From: Myxococcota bacterium
GTDB taxonomy: Bacteria; Myxococcota_A; UBA9160; JAFDDA01
Assembly (NCBI GenBank): GCA_965228475.1
Contig: OZ245817.1
Coordinates: 4,384,001 to 4,448,000 of the forward strand
Direction of reading: 5' to 3'
Length of the DNA stretch: 64,000 nucleotides
This document shows positions 27,836-37,675 of the stretch, one piece after another (within the stretch, counting starts at the first letter, position 1; each line of letters begins with the position of its first letter). The notes beneath the pieces are model-generated. The model ran no database searches. It worked only from the letters and a program-made list of their open reading frames with translations, and had not been told where the DNA came from. Position numbers and translations under genes: made by a program.

Positions 27836-29632
27836 ATGGCAGCGTTCAACGGCACCGAGCAGGTCAGAAAGGTCGACAACTTCATCCAGGCCTTCCACAT
27901 CATGTCCGAGGCCGTGCCCGAACGAGAGGCCCTGCGCACGTCGGACGGTCAGTCCTCGCTCTCCTGGGGCGAGGTGCGGCAGCGGGTCGACGCCATCGCC
28001 GGCGGGCTCGCGAAGCTCGGCGTCGCGCGCGGCGAGACCGTCGCCCTGATGCTCTCGAACCGGCCCGAGTTCCACCTGTGCGATCTCGCCACCATGAGTG
28101 CCGGCGGAACGCCCTTCTCGATCTACCAGACGCTCCCGCCGGAATCGATCGAGTACGTCGTGGGCGATGCGGGCGCGCGCGTCGCGATCATCGAGCGCGC
28201 CTTCTTCGAGAACTTCATGAAGGCGCGCCAGAACCTCCGGGACCTCGAGCACGTGATCGTGATCGACGGCGAGGGCGAAGGCGGCACCCTCACGCTCACC
28301 GAGATCGAAGGTTCGAACCCCGGCTTCGACACCGCCGCCAGCGCTGCGGGCATCGGCGCCGAGGACCTCCTCACGCTGATCTACACCTCGGGCACCACGG
28401 GCCCGCCGAAGGGCGTGCAGCTCACCCACGCGAACCTGCTCGCCGGCGTGCGGATCCTCGACCAGGTGATCAACATCCCGGACGGCGCGCGCGTCATCTC
28501 CTGGCTGCCGACGGCCCACATCGCGGAGCGCGCCGCCAACTACTACATCCCGCTCGTCTTCGGGGCGACCATCACCACCCTCGACGACCCGCGCAGCATC
28601 ATCAAGGTGCTGCCCGAGGTGAAGCCGAACTTCTTCTTCGCCGTGCCGCGCATCTGGGAAAAGATGAAGGCCGGCATCGAAGCCCAGCTCGAGCAGCTGC
28701 CGGAGGAGACGGCCGCGCTCGCGAAGAAGGCCATCGAGGCCGGCATCCAGAAGGTCCGCCTCGAACAGGCCGGGCAGGAGGTTCCGGCGGAGCTCGCCGC
28801 GGTCTGCGAGCGCGCGGACGGTGAGCTCTTCGCGCGGCTCCGGGCGCTCCTCGGACTCGAGGAAGCCCGCGCCATCAACACGGGCGCCGCGCCGACGCCC
28901 GTCGAGGTGCTCGAGTTCTTCCACGCGATCGGGCTCGAGCTCGCGGAACTCTGGGGCATGTCGGAGACCTGCGGCGCCGGTACGACGAACCCGCCCGGCA
29001 AGGTGCGGCTGGGAACGGTCGGCCCGCCGGCCCCCGAGATCGAGATCAAGCTCGACGGCGACGGCGAGATCCTGATCCGCGGCCCCATCCTCATGCAGGG
29101 CTACCGCAACCTCCCGGAGAAGACCGCCGAGACCTTCACCGAGGACGGCTGGCTCCGCACCGGCGACATCGGCGAGTTCGACAGCCACGGCTACCTGAAG
29201 ATCGTCGACCGCAAGAAGGAGCTGATCATCAACGCCGCGGGCAAGAACATGGCGCCCATCAACATCGAGGGGAAGCTCAAGGGATCGAGCCCCTTCATCG
29301 GGCAGGCCTGCGCGATCGGCGATGCGCGCCCCTACAACACGGCGCTGATCGTCCTCGATGCGGACTACGTCCCCGCCTGGGCGGCCCAGAACGGCATCGA
29401 GGAGACTACGCTGGAGGCGCTCGCGGAGAACGAGAAGATCGTGGCCGCCGTCGAGGCGGGCGTCGCCTCGGCGAACGAGAAGCTCTCCCGCGTCGAGCAG
29501 ATCAAGAAGTTCCACATCGTCCGCGGCGATTGGCTGCCGGGCGGCGACGAACTCACGCCGACCATGAAGCTCAAGCGCAAGCCGATCGCCGAGAAGTACG
29601 CCCGCGAGATCGAGGAGCTCTACGCGAAATGA
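27836..29632 (+). CDS. Long-chain fatty acid-CoA ligase
   Basis: YTSGTTGPPKG, WGMSET, GWLRTGDIG, ELTPTMKLKR. Confidence 0.92.
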   Translation: MAAFNGTEQVRKVDNFIQAFHIMSEAVPEREALRTSDGQSSLSWGEVRQRVDAIAGGLAKLGVARGETVALMLSNRPEFHLCDLATMSAGGTPFSIYQTLPPESIEYVVGDAGARVAIIERAFFENFMKARQNLRDLEHVIVIDGEGEGGTLTLTEIEGSNPGFDTAASAAGIGAEDLLTLIYTSGTTGPPKGVQLTHANLLAGVRILDQVINIPDGARVISWLPTAHIAERAANYYIPLVFGATITTLDDPRSIIKVLPEVKPNFFFAVPRIWEKMKAGIEAQLEQLPEETAALAKKAIEAGIQKVRLEQAGQEVPAELAAVCERADGELFARLRALLGLEEARAINTGAAPTPVEVLEFFHAIGLELAELWGMSETCGAGTTNPPGKVRLGTVGPPAPEIEIKLDGDGEILIRGPILMQGYRNLPEKTAETFTEDGWLRTGDIGEFDSHGYLKIVDRKKELIINAAGKNMAPINIEGKLKGSSPFIGQACAIGDARPYNTALIVLDADYVPAWAAQNGIEETTLEALAENEKIVAAVEAGVASANEKLSRVEQIKKFHIVRGDWLPGGDELTPTMKLKRKPIAEKYAREIEELYAK

Positions 29633-31074
29633 CCCAGCCCCTGGATCTCGACGCCACCGCCCAGGCGGAACTCGTCCGCAGCGGTGAAGTGAAGCCCCAG
29701 GAGCTGGTGGATGCCGCCATCGAGCGCGCGGAGCGCCTCGACGAGGATCTCAACGCCGTGATCCTGCCGCGCTACGAGGAAGCGCGCGGCACGGCGGCGG
29801 GCGAGCTTCCGGACGGCCCCTTTCGCGGCGTCCCGTTCCTGCTGAAGGATCTCGGTGCGAACTTCGCCGGCTGGCCCAACCACAACGGGATGCAGGCGCT
29901 GAAGGACGCCGGCTGGACGACGCCCGTCGATTCCGTGCTGGCCGCGCGCTTCCGGGAGGCCGGCTTCGTGACGCTCGGGCGCACCAACTCGCCGGAGCTC
30001 GGGCTCGCACCGATCACCGAGCCGAGCGCCTACGGCCCGGCGCGAAACCCCTGGGACCTCGATCACTCGCCGGGCGGCTCGAGCGGTGGCTCCTCGGCGG
30101 CGGTGGCCGCGGGAATCGTCGCGGTCGCGCACTCGAGCGACGGCGGAGGTTCGATCCGCATCCCGGCAGCGCATGCGGGCCTCGTCGGCCTGAAGCCCTC
30201 GCGCGGGCGCAACTCCTTCGGCCCGGAAGTGGGCGAGCGCTGGTTCGGCTGCTCCTGCGAGGGTGTCGTCTCGCGCACGGTGCGCGACACCGCGGCCGTG
30301 CTCGACGCCACCCACGGCCCGGCCGCGGGCGACCCCTACGGCTGCCCGCCCCCGGCTCGCTCCTATCGAGAAGAAGTCGGGGCGGCCCCCGGCCCGCTGC
30401 GCATCGGCCTGCTCGATCACGGCCCGCGCGGGGTCGACATCCACGAAGACAACGCCATCGCCGTGCGCAACGCCGCGCGCGCGCTCGAGGGCCTCGGGCA
30501 CACCGTCGAGCCCTCCCATCCGAGCGTGCTCGACGATCAGGAGATCGTGCTCTCCTTCGTGAAGGTCGTGATGGCCTCGTGTGCGGCGGCCCTCGATTCC
30601 TGGGGCCAGAAGATCGGCCGTGCGATCGAGGAGAAGGACGTCGAGCCCATGACCTGGGCGATCGCCTCGCGCGGCCGCGACATCAGCGCGCCGGACCTGG
30701 CCGCCGCCGTCTCGTTCATGCACGCCGCCGGCCGGAACACCGGCGCCTGGCACGAGAGCGGCTACGACCTGCTGCTCACGCCCACGTGCGGCCAGCCGCC
30801 GCCGCAGATCGGAGAGCTCGTCTCGCCGCCGGAGGAGCCGCTGCAGGGTTACATCCGCTCGGGGCCCTACGGCATGTTCACGTCGCCGTTCAACATGACG
30901 GGCCAGCCCGCCATCAGCCTTCCGCTGCACTGGAACGACGCCGGGCTTCCGATCGGCGTGCAGCTCGTCGCGCCGTATGCGGGGGAGGACCGGCTCCTTC
31001 GCGTCGCCGCGCAGCTGGAACAGGCCCTCCCCTGGGCCGACCGTCGGCCGACGGTCAACGCATTCGGGACCTGA
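29629..31074 (+). CDS. Amidase-signature family enzyme
   Basis: [30 protein letters not shown] overlap. Confidence 0.92.
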   Translation: MTQPLDLDATAQAELVRSGEVKPQELVDAAIERAERLDEDLNAVILPRYEEARGTAAGELPDGPFRGVPFLLKDLGANFAGWPNHNGMQALKDAGWTTPVDSVLAARFREAGFVTLGRTNSPELGLAPITEPSAYGPARNPWDLDHSPGGSSGGSSAAVAAGIVAVAHSSDGGGSIRIPAAHAGLVGLKPSRGRNSFGPEVGERWFGCSCEGVVSRTVRDTAAVLDATHGPAAGDPYGCPPPARSYREEVGAAPGPLRIGLLDHGPRGVDIHEDNAIAVRNAARALEGLGHTVEPSHPSVLDDQEIVLSFVKVVMASCAAALDSWGQKIGRAIEEKDVEPMTWAIASRGRDISAPDLAAAVSFMHAAGRNTGAWHESGYDLLLTPTCGQPPPQIGELVSPPEEPLQGYIRSGPYGMFTSPFNMTGQPAISLPLHWNDAGLPIGVQLVAPYAGEDRLLRVAAQLEQALPWADRRPTVNAFGT

Positions 31075-31159
31075 ACCCTGGGAGGTTGCAGGTCCACTCC
31101 TCCGAGAAGCGACCGGCGGGGGAAAGGGTTGGACCCGCCGGCCGCTCTCGGCCGGAGCG

Positions 31160-31750
31160 CTAGCGACGCCCCCGGCGCCAGATTCCCACCAGGGCACCGG
31201 CAACCAGCAGGGCGGCACTGGGCTCGGGCACGCTTGCGCCGCCATAGGTCCCGTCACCCCCACCCACGGTGTAGCTGGCGTTGAGCCCGAAGTTGAAGTG
31301 CTCACCGAGGCTGATGAGTCCCGTGGGCCCGAAATCGAAGATCTCGTTGAACCCCATGCCGATGCCATAGTGGACTTGATCGAACCCGTGCGAGAAGCTC
31401 CCGCTGGGGTTGAGCCCCGGCGGGGTGCCTCCCAGGTGGTAGACACCGGCGAAGCTGTGGAGGTATCCGTCTTCGAAGACGACGGTGCCCTCGTAGGTGA
31501 ACGGACCATCGCCTGCGTTGGGCTCCTCCCGGAACGTCACGTTGAGGTCCCAACCCCAGACGCAACCCCCATAGGCGCAGGAATCGAAGGTCACTTCGCT
31601 CGCGGCGCTTGACTCGAGGATGAAGAGCGCGTTGTAGCCGACCTCCGCCTCGTTCGAGTAGACGACGGTCAGGCTCACGGCCGAGGCCGGGGCTCCGGAG
31701 AACAACATGGCCAGGCCCAGGGCCAAGCCGGCAAGGAATCGAACAGACAT
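31160..31750 (-). CDS. PEP-CTERM surface protein
   Basis: Signal peptide; C-terminal VPEPSAALLVAGALVGIWRRGRR. Confidence 0.88.
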   Translation of the reverse strand: MSVRFLAGLALGLAMLFSGAPASAVSLTVVYSNEAEVGYNALFILESSAASEVTFDSCAYGGCVWGWDLNVTFREEPNAGDGPFTYEGTVVFEDGYLHSFAGVYHLGGTPPGLNPSGSFSHGFDQVHYGIGMGFNEIFDFGPTGLISLGEHFNFGLNASYTVGGGDGTYGGASVPEPSAALLVAGALVGIWRRGRR

Positions 31751-31827
31751 GAACAACAACACCTCCTTGCCCGCCGATGCGTCTAAACAGTCGAAAGGGC
31801 AATTTTAATTATACCGAGTGAACTATT

Positions 31828-31843
31828 TGCAACCGACGTGCCA
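31828..31843 (-). promoter_or_regulatory. Sigma-54 (-24/-12) promoter
   Basis: TGGCACGTCGGTTGCA, consensus TGGCAC-N5-TTGCA. Confidence 0.85.
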
Positions 31844-31929
31844 TCTCGCCCCGTCGCAGGGTCCGACTCTCAAGCTGCCGGAAACAGGAAGGTTTTCACC
31901 TCGACTCGACCGCGACCTCCAGATCGCAT

Positions 31930-31978
31930 TGGGAACGACGGTTCCTCTCTAGCCACCAGAGAGGAAAAATTGTTCCGT
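31930..31978. promoter_or_regulatory. Paired palindromic enhancer-like boxes
   Basis: TGGGAACGACGGTTCCTC (31930) and GAGGAAAAATTGTTCCGT (31961), 31 bp apart. Confidence 0.6.
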
Positions 31979-32007
31979 CGGTCTATTCGCATGGGGACGC
32001 CTTTCCC

Positions 32008-32970
32008 TTACGGGTGATGCGTCAGCTCAGGATCGATGCGGATGACACAGGGCCGTCCGAAATCGTCGTCCCGGATCTCGAAACGCCACTCGGGCGCCAT
32101 CCAGATGATCTGGGCCCAGGGCAGCTGGGCCTCGTAGATCGCCTGGACCGAGATGTACTCGGTGAGCTCCGGGCATCGATCGTCGAGGATCGTGATGTCG
32201 ACGGTGGTCGTTTGCTCGTGGGCAGGAAACGTGAAGGGCAACAGCTCCGGATAGGTCGTTACCGGCCCATCGAAGTCTTCCCCCGCCTTCGCGGTCGAGC
32301 CGAAGGCGATCCAGAAGTCCAGAACCGGGATGGCGAAACGCCCAGAGTGCATGGCGTAGTAGTCCGTCACCGGTTCGTCGACCTTGAACATCTGCGAGAA
32401 GGTGAGGGTCTCGGTCCGCGTGGGCGACTCGTCGAAGGGCGCGTTCTCCGCGGTGACGTCGATCAACGGAGGCCAGGCCGTGAACTGTGCACCCTGGATA
32501 CAGATCGTTCCGTTCTGTTCCATCTGCGCCCACAGCGTATGGAGGCCGGGGTTGAGCGCGTAGCCCGGGGGCTCGTCGTCGAAGTCCGACGTGATCACGC
32601 TGATGAAGGCGTACTGATCGGCGGTCTTCACCTGCTCGACGCCGCCGGTGGTGTTCCCGTCCAGCCACAGCGTGACGAAGGGGCCGAGCGCCGCGTTCGG
32701 AAGAGTCCAGCTCAGCTCGAGGTTGCCCGACCCGTTGTGGTAGAGCGGCCATTCCGTGCCGAATGAGCCTGAGGTGACGAGGAACGGTTGGCAGCCCGCC
32801 CCTTGAACGGCGCCGATCGAAGGCGGCTCCGGTGTTGCCGTCGGGCTGAGCGGGGATCCGCTGGGCTCGACCGGAACGACCCCGGAGAGCGAGGCAACGG
32901 CAGGGAGAGCGAGAAAGAACGTCACCGAAGCCAGCAGTGCGGTGCGTTGGACGAGAGTTCCGAATTTCAT
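32008..32970 (-). CDS. Secreted protein with Calx-beta-like C-terminal domain
   Basis: Signal peptide; STAKAGEDF..FTFPAHEQTTTVDITILDD..E.TE..V..IRDDD. Confidence 0.7.
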   Translation of the reverse strand: MKFGTLVQRTALLASVTFFLALPAVASLSGVVPVEPSGSPLSPTATPEPPSIGAVQGAGCQPFLVTSGSFGTEWPLYHNGSGNLELSWTLPNAALGPFVTLWLDGNTTGGVEQVKTADQYAFISVITSDFDDEPPGYALNPGLHTLWAQMEQNGTICIQGAQFTAWPPLIDVTAENAPFDESPTRTETLTFSQMFKVDEPVTDYYAMHSGRFAIPVLDFWIAFGSTAKAGEDFDGPVTTYPELLPFTFPAHEQTTTVDITILDDRCPELTEYISVQAIYEAQLPWAQIIWMAPEWRFEIRDDDFGRPCVIRIDPELTHHP

Positions 32971-33045
32971 GGTGGGTTTCCTTGGTCGAGGGCCGGCCTG
33001 CGGGTGGGCCACGCCCGTCGAACGGGCCCACCCCTCCAGGCGAGT

Positions 33046-33537
33046 TCAGGGCTGTCGAGAGCCGAGCGGCGGGCGGCGAGCGCCGGCCAGGGCGACCACG
33101 ACGAGCAGGGCAAGGGCGGGCTCGGGCACACCGACGTGTCTTCCACTGAAGATGAAATCGCCGGACGGCGAGCCCCCGTCATGGACCGCCGAGTAGACGT
33201 CCATCCCGTTGCCGTGGGGGACGGTGCCGCTGAGCGACGTGCCGGTGGTTCCGGCGAAGAGCCAGGTCTCACCGTCCTCGTGGGTACTTCTCCCTGACCA
33301 GGCGAGCACACCTCCGGCTTCGCTGAAGAGGATGCTCACGTCCCAGAAACAATTCCCGGCGACGCAGGAGTTGAAGGCGACGTCCTGGCCGCCGTCGAGG
33401 ACGACTTCCAGACGCAGGCCGTAGCTCTCGGCGCTGTTGTCCTCGAACTCCACGTTGATGGTCACCGCCGACGCAGGGCCGGCGGCCAGAATCAGAGCCA
33501 ACCCGAGGACCGGCCAGGCAAAGGACCGAGCAGACAT
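33046..33537 (-). CDS. PEP-CTERM surface protein (paralog of 31160-31750)
   Basis: Signal peptide; shared F.SC..G.C.W motif; C-terminal VPEPALALLVVVALAGARR. Confidence 0.85.
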   Translation of the reverse strand: MSARSFAWPVLGLALILAAGPASAVTINVEFEDNSAESYGLRLEVVLDGGQDVAFNSCVAGNCFWDVSILFSEAGGVLAWSGRSTHEDGETWLFAGTTGTSLSGTVPHGNGMDVYSAVHDGGSPSGDFIFSGRHVGVPEPALALLVVVALAGARRPPLGSRQP

Positions 33538-33608
33538 GAGCACACCTCCTTGCCCTTTCGAGTCAATAAAACCGAAAGGACAATTTTAAATATACCGATC
33601 GGAATATT

Positions 33609-33624
33609 TGCAACGGGCGTGCCA
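33609..33624 (-). promoter_or_regulatory. Sigma-54 (-24/-12) promoter
   Basis: TGGCACGCCCGTTGCA. Confidence 0.85.
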
Positions 33625-33712
33625 TCCGGGGCAGCGCACGGACTGCCGGGCGCAAGCCTTCGCCGGCGAAGGGATTTCCGAATGGCTGAGGAACGGAGCG
33701 AGCCCGGGGCGT

Positions 33713-33761
33713 TGGGAACGCCGGTTCCGTCCGAGCCGCAAAATGGGAAAAACGTTTCCCA
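33713..33761. promoter_or_regulatory. Paired palindromic enhancer-like boxes
   Basis: TGGGAACGCCGGTTCCGT (33713) and perfect-arm TGGGAAAAACGTTTCCCA (33744), 31 bp apart. Confidence 0.65.
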
Positions 33762-33833
33762 CGAGACGGATCATCGCCTCGACTCGCGGCGGTCGGCCAG
33801 GGGCTGGGATCGCCCTGAAAAGCCGGTCTGAGC

Positions 33834-34490
33834 CTACTTGCGGCGGTCCGAACTCGGCGGAGGCTCGCCGGACTCGAGCTCGGCGGCGTCTCGCTGGGCC
33901 TGCTCGACGATGGCCCGGACCGCGAACTGCGTCATCTCGCGGTAGATCTCCGGCGCGCGGCGGGTCCCCAGCCAGAGGGCCTCGGCTCCGTGGCCCAGCG
34001 CCGTGATCGCCTCGGCGGCCGGACGGCCGACCTCCTCAGGCAGGCCCAGGAACTCCTGGATGATGTTCACCCGGTGCTCGATGGAGAGCTTCGCCACGAC
34101 AGCATGGCCGTCGTTGACCATGGCGCTGGCCATCAGCTGCTGCATCGCGCTGGCGAAGGTTCGCAGCTCGGGCCGGAAGTGCAGAGCCAGCTGAGCGTCC
34201 AGCCGTTCGCTCCAGTCGCCGGGGGTCTGAGTGAGGATTCCGGTGAAGGCCTGGTGGGCTCGAGCGGCGATGGCTTGGAAGAGCCCCTCGCGCGAGCCGA
34301 AGTGGTGGAGGACCGAGGTCTTGCTGGTGTCCGCCTCGCGCGCGATGTCGGCCAAGGAGATGGCCATTCCCTGCTCGCCGATCAGACGGATCGTCGCGAG
34401 GAGGATCGCCTCCTTGGACTCCTCTCCCGCGCGCCCCTTCGGTCGCCCGGCCTTGCGGGCGGGCTTCGAAGGCGGGGATTCCGGAGCCAT
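33834..34490 (-). CDS. TetR/AcrR family transcriptional regulator
   Basis: GRPKG..SKEAILLA..SLADIAREADTSKTSVLHHFGSREGL HTH. Confidence 0.88.
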   Translation of the reverse strand: MAPESPPSKPARKAGRPKGRAGEESKEAILLATIRLIGEQGMAISLADIAREADTSKTSVLHHFGSREGLFQAIAARAHQAFTGILTQTPGDWSERLDAQLALHFRPELRTFASAMQQLMASAMVNDGHAVVAKLSIEHRVNIIQEFLGLPEEVGRPAAEAITALGHGAEALWLGTRRAPEIYREMTQFAVRAIVEQAQRDAAELESGEPPPSSDRRK

Positions 34491-34569
34491 TGAAAGAGGT
34501 TAGCAGTTCCCTCCTCTCTCTTTTTTCCTCAGCCTCGATTTTATTAGACCATTCGCTCAATAGCATGTT

Positions 34570-34589
34570 AATAGATCAGTCAGTCTATT
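34570..34589. promoter_or_regulatory. Putative TetR operator
   Basis: AATAGA-tcagtcag-TCTATT palindrome in the divergent intergenic region; weaker copy near 34543-34561. Confidence 0.6.
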
Positions 34590-34603
34590 CAAAGGAGACT
34601 CCC

Positions 34604-37594
34604 ATGGCCCTTCTGCGCCTCTGGACCCTGCTCTGTTCCGTGCTCTTCCTTGCGGTGTCCCCCGCCCAGGCGGAGTCCGTCATTCCGGACCCGCCGGAAT
34701 GCTTGCCCGCCTCGGTCCTGGCTGCGCTCGAGGGGGCCGGCCTGCTCCCCACCGAAGAGGGCGAGGACGGAGACGTGGGCGCTGGGGGCGGCAGCCAGGG
34801 CGGCGGCGGGAATGACGGCATGCAAGGCTCGGACGGCGGCGCGACCGGGCCCGATCAGGGCGACGGGAGCGGGCACGACTCCGGTGACGGCGACCCGGAC
34901 GCTCCCTGGTGGACGAACATCCCCACCGACCTGCCCGAGGACTTCGAAGCCCCCTTCTACTGGATCTACTACTGGTCCAATGGCTACGGCCCGCCGCCTC
35001 CGGCCTGCGAGGACCTCCCGCCGCCGCCGGTCTCCTTCCTGTTCATCGAGATCACCGACCCGGAAGAAGACCCGTTCCACACGGTTCACGAGACCCAGAG
35101 CCTCGCCGGCGAAATCATCTCCGGCAACGGCTCCCCGCTCCAAGAGATCCAGTTCTTCAACCAGCGGAACCTGGACTGGGGCCTGGTCGACGTCTCCGGC
35201 GAAGCGTTCGACGTAGAGGGCATCGAACTCGAGATCGGGGAGAACCCGATCGTCGTCTTCGGCTCGAACGTAGCCGGCGCCTCGGACTCGGACACCATCA
35301 CGGTGATCCGCAAGGACAAGCACTGCAACACCCACCAGGGCAACGTGCTCTGCACGGAACCCTGGTGCGACGGCAGCTTGCCGATGTCGCTGATCAAGCC
35401 CCAGTACCGGACCTGGCTCGAGCAGCATCCGAGCGGGATCGGTGTGCTCTACCCGATGCACGGCGACTTCCCGCCGGCAACGGACCTTCCTCCCCCGCCG
35501 GCAGACCCGCTCGACGCAGAGCTCACCTACTCGGTCTTCCAGGAGAACGGTCAGCCGATGATCCGCTTCCACGCGGAGCTTCGCAGCTTCGACTCGCTGC
35601 CGACGCCCTTCACACTCGGGGAGGTGGCCGTGGAGGTCACGGCCTCCGGTGAGAACGGCGACACGACGATGCTGCTCACGCCGTTCTGCTACGACGACGC
35701 CGAGGCCTTCTACGACCTGAACGGCGAGGTCTTCGGCTACGTCGACGCCATCCTCCCCTACGACGGGACGACGACGGTTACGGCGACACTCGTCGAGGTC
35801 GACGACGAGGGCGAACCGATCGTCCCCACCGTCACCCTCGGCACCGACCGCAACACGTTCATTCCGAACGACAACCCGATCGCGACCACCGACCCCGTCC
35901 CGAACGGACTCGTGGCCCAGATCAACGACACCGGCCTCGACGCGGTGGCCGGTGCCTTCAGCGGCCAGGTCAGCACGCTGATCAAGGACGGCCTGGCGGA
36001 TACGGTTGGGGTGCCGCTACCGCAGTTCTCGTTCGAAACCACCTTCGAAGAGCTCGAGGTGACCTCCGTCGGTCTTGCGCTGAGCGAAACGAGCGCGCTC
36101 AACACGACCTTGGCGCTCAACGGTCTGAAAGGCCACCTGAAGGTCAACATTCCCATACTCGGGGATTGTCACATCTGGTTCGAGACCGACAGCGCCACCG
36201 TGGCGGCCAGCTTCACCCAGCTCCCCGCATCCGACGCCCACCAGATCGATCTCGCGCCCGCGGGTACAACGCTGTCGTTCTCGACGCCAACGTACGAATA
36301 CAGCGACAGTATCCTTTTCCCCGGCTGCGGCCCCGTCATGCTGTACCTCGGCCAGTCCATGGACGAGATCGTCGATGACATCATCACCGGGATCCTGGAA
36401 GGGGTCGACAAGGAACTCGAGCCGGGGCTCGAGAACGAGATCAACGGGCTCGGCCTGGGCTCGATGGTCGGAGACCTCCTGCAGGTGAAGTTCGACGGGA
36501 CCTTCTCGTCGATCGACGACTTGACTGCGATCGCCCGCTACAACGTCGACGCGCACTTCGAAGCCATCTCGGACAACGTGCTGGTGACGGAGTCCTTCGC
36601 GCCGCCGGATGATTTCATGCCCTTCGGCACGACCGCGCCGGGCGTCGGCGGCTTCGATCTCGGGGTGTATCTCACGCCCGCCGCCTTGAACCAGGTCCTG
36701 GCCGCGCGCACGAACGATGGCATGCTCAGTGGCCAGATCACGGAGCTGACACCGGGTCAGCCCCTCACGGTCGACCTGCTGAACACGTTCGGCGTTTTCT
36801 TCCCGGACGACGCGCAGAAGACCGACCCCGTCGTCGTGGAGCTCGTGCCCACGATGGCCCCCATGACGGACGGCGGGCCCGGGCCGGACGGCGACATGTA
36901 CCAGCTCGACATCTGGCAGCTCATCCTGAAGGTCCTCTGGACCGACGGTCAGGGAGAGGAAGTCGAAGTTCTTCGCGCGGCGGTGGACTTCTCCCTCGGG
37001 TTCGACATCGGGTTCCCCGAACCCTGGGCGCCTCCGGCCACCGAGCTCAGCCCGCCGACCGCACCGGCCGTAGTGAAAGTCCTCTTCGCTCCGTACGGAG
37101 TGAACGACTTCATCTTCCCGATTGCGGTGAGCGGCGTGCTGGCAACGAGCTTCGATGCTCTCGTGGGCGGCCTGTTCGGGGACGGCAACGGCGGCCCGAT
37201 CGGCGTCCTCGGACTGGACGTGGAGGGCGAGGGAGCCTTGCGAGCCGGGGACGCCATGGCGTTGCTCTTCGATCTCTCCATCGCACCGACGCAAGCCAAC
37301 CTCGTCTACGAGCAGGACGACATCGAGGACATCTCGGTGGAGTTCACGGTGACGTTCCCCTTCGACGGTGTCTCCTTCGCCTGGGACTTCGGCGACGGCG
37401 ATACGCAGACGACCTCGGGGCCGAGCGTCACCCACATCTACGGCGGCCTTCCGGGCTACAACGGGCTCCCGCCCGGCCTCCACGACTTCGGTGTGAAGGT
37501 GGACGTCACGCGGGAGAACGGCGCCGTGGTCTCGGGCAACACGGCCATCCTGATCTGCATCAAGGAGAACCCGGACGACGTCTGCGAGCAGTGA
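34604..37594 (+). CDS. Large secreted acidic protein: Ig-like domain, BPI/LBP(TULIP)-like region, C-terminal PKD domain
   Basis: AAGGAG RBS, signal peptide; LEIGENPIVV..DTITV (Ig-like); GLVAQINDTGLD and LGVYLTPAALNQVL..GML (BPI-like); FAWDFGDG..SVTHIY (PKD). Confidence 0.75.
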   Translation: MALLRLWTLLCSVLFLAVSPAQAESVIPDPPECLPASVLAALEGAGLLPTEEGEDGDVGAGGGSQGGGGNDGMQGSDGGATGPDQGDGSGHDSGDGDPDAPWWTNIPTDLPEDFEAPFYWIYYWSNGYGPPPPACEDLPPPPVSFLFIEITDPEEDPFHTVHETQSLAGEIISGNGSPLQEIQFFNQRNLDWGLVDVSGEAFDVEGIELEIGENPIVVFGSNVAGASDSDTITVIRKDKHCNTHQGNVLCTEPWCDGSLPMSLIKPQYRTWLEQHPSGIGVLYPMHGDFPPATDLPPPPADPLDAELTYSVFQENGQPMIRFHAELRSFDSLPTPFTLGEVAVEVTASGENGDTTMLLTPFCYDDAEAFYDLNGEVFGYVDAILPYDGTTTVTATLVEVDDEGEPIVPTVTLGTDRNTFIPNDNPIATTDPVPNGLVAQINDTGLDAVAGAFSGQVSTLIKDGLADTVGVPLPQFSFETTFEELEVTSVGLALSETSALNTTLALNGLKGHLKVNIPILGDCHIWFETDSATVAASFTQLPASDAHQIDLAPAGTTLSFSTPTYEYSDSILFPGCGPVMLYLGQSMDEIVDDIITGILEGVDKELEPGLENEINGLGLGSMVGDLLQVKFDGTFSSIDDLTAIARYNVDAHFEAISDNVLVTESFAPPDDFMPFGTTAPGVGGFDLGVYLTPAALNQVLAARTNDGMLSGQITELTPGQPLTVDLLNTFGVFFPDDAQKTDPVVVELVPTMAPMTDGGPGPDGDMYQLDIWQLILKVLWTDGQGEEVEVLRAAVDFSLGFDIGFPEPWAPPATELSPPTAPAVVKVLFAPYGVNDFIFPIAVSGVLATSFDALVGGLFGDGNGGPIGVLGLDVEGEGALRAGDAMALLFDLSIAPTQANLVYEQDDIEDISVEFTVTFPFDGVSFAWDFGDGDTQTTSGPSVTHIYGGLPGYNGLPPGLHDFGVKVDVTRENGAVVSGNTAILICIKENPDDVCEQ

Positions 37595-37616
37595 CGCCCT
37601 TCCATGGTGTAAGTTG

Positions 37617-37646
37617 GAGCGGCCCTACCCCACGGTAGGGCCGCTC
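37617..37646. terminator. Strong hairpin after large secreted gene (terminator or REP-like)
   Basis: GAGCGGCCCTACC-ccac-GGTAGGGCCGCTC, 13-bp stem, no U-tract. Confidence 0.45.
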
Positions 37647-37675
37647 TGCGGGCGCGGTCAGCCTGGTGCGGGACG

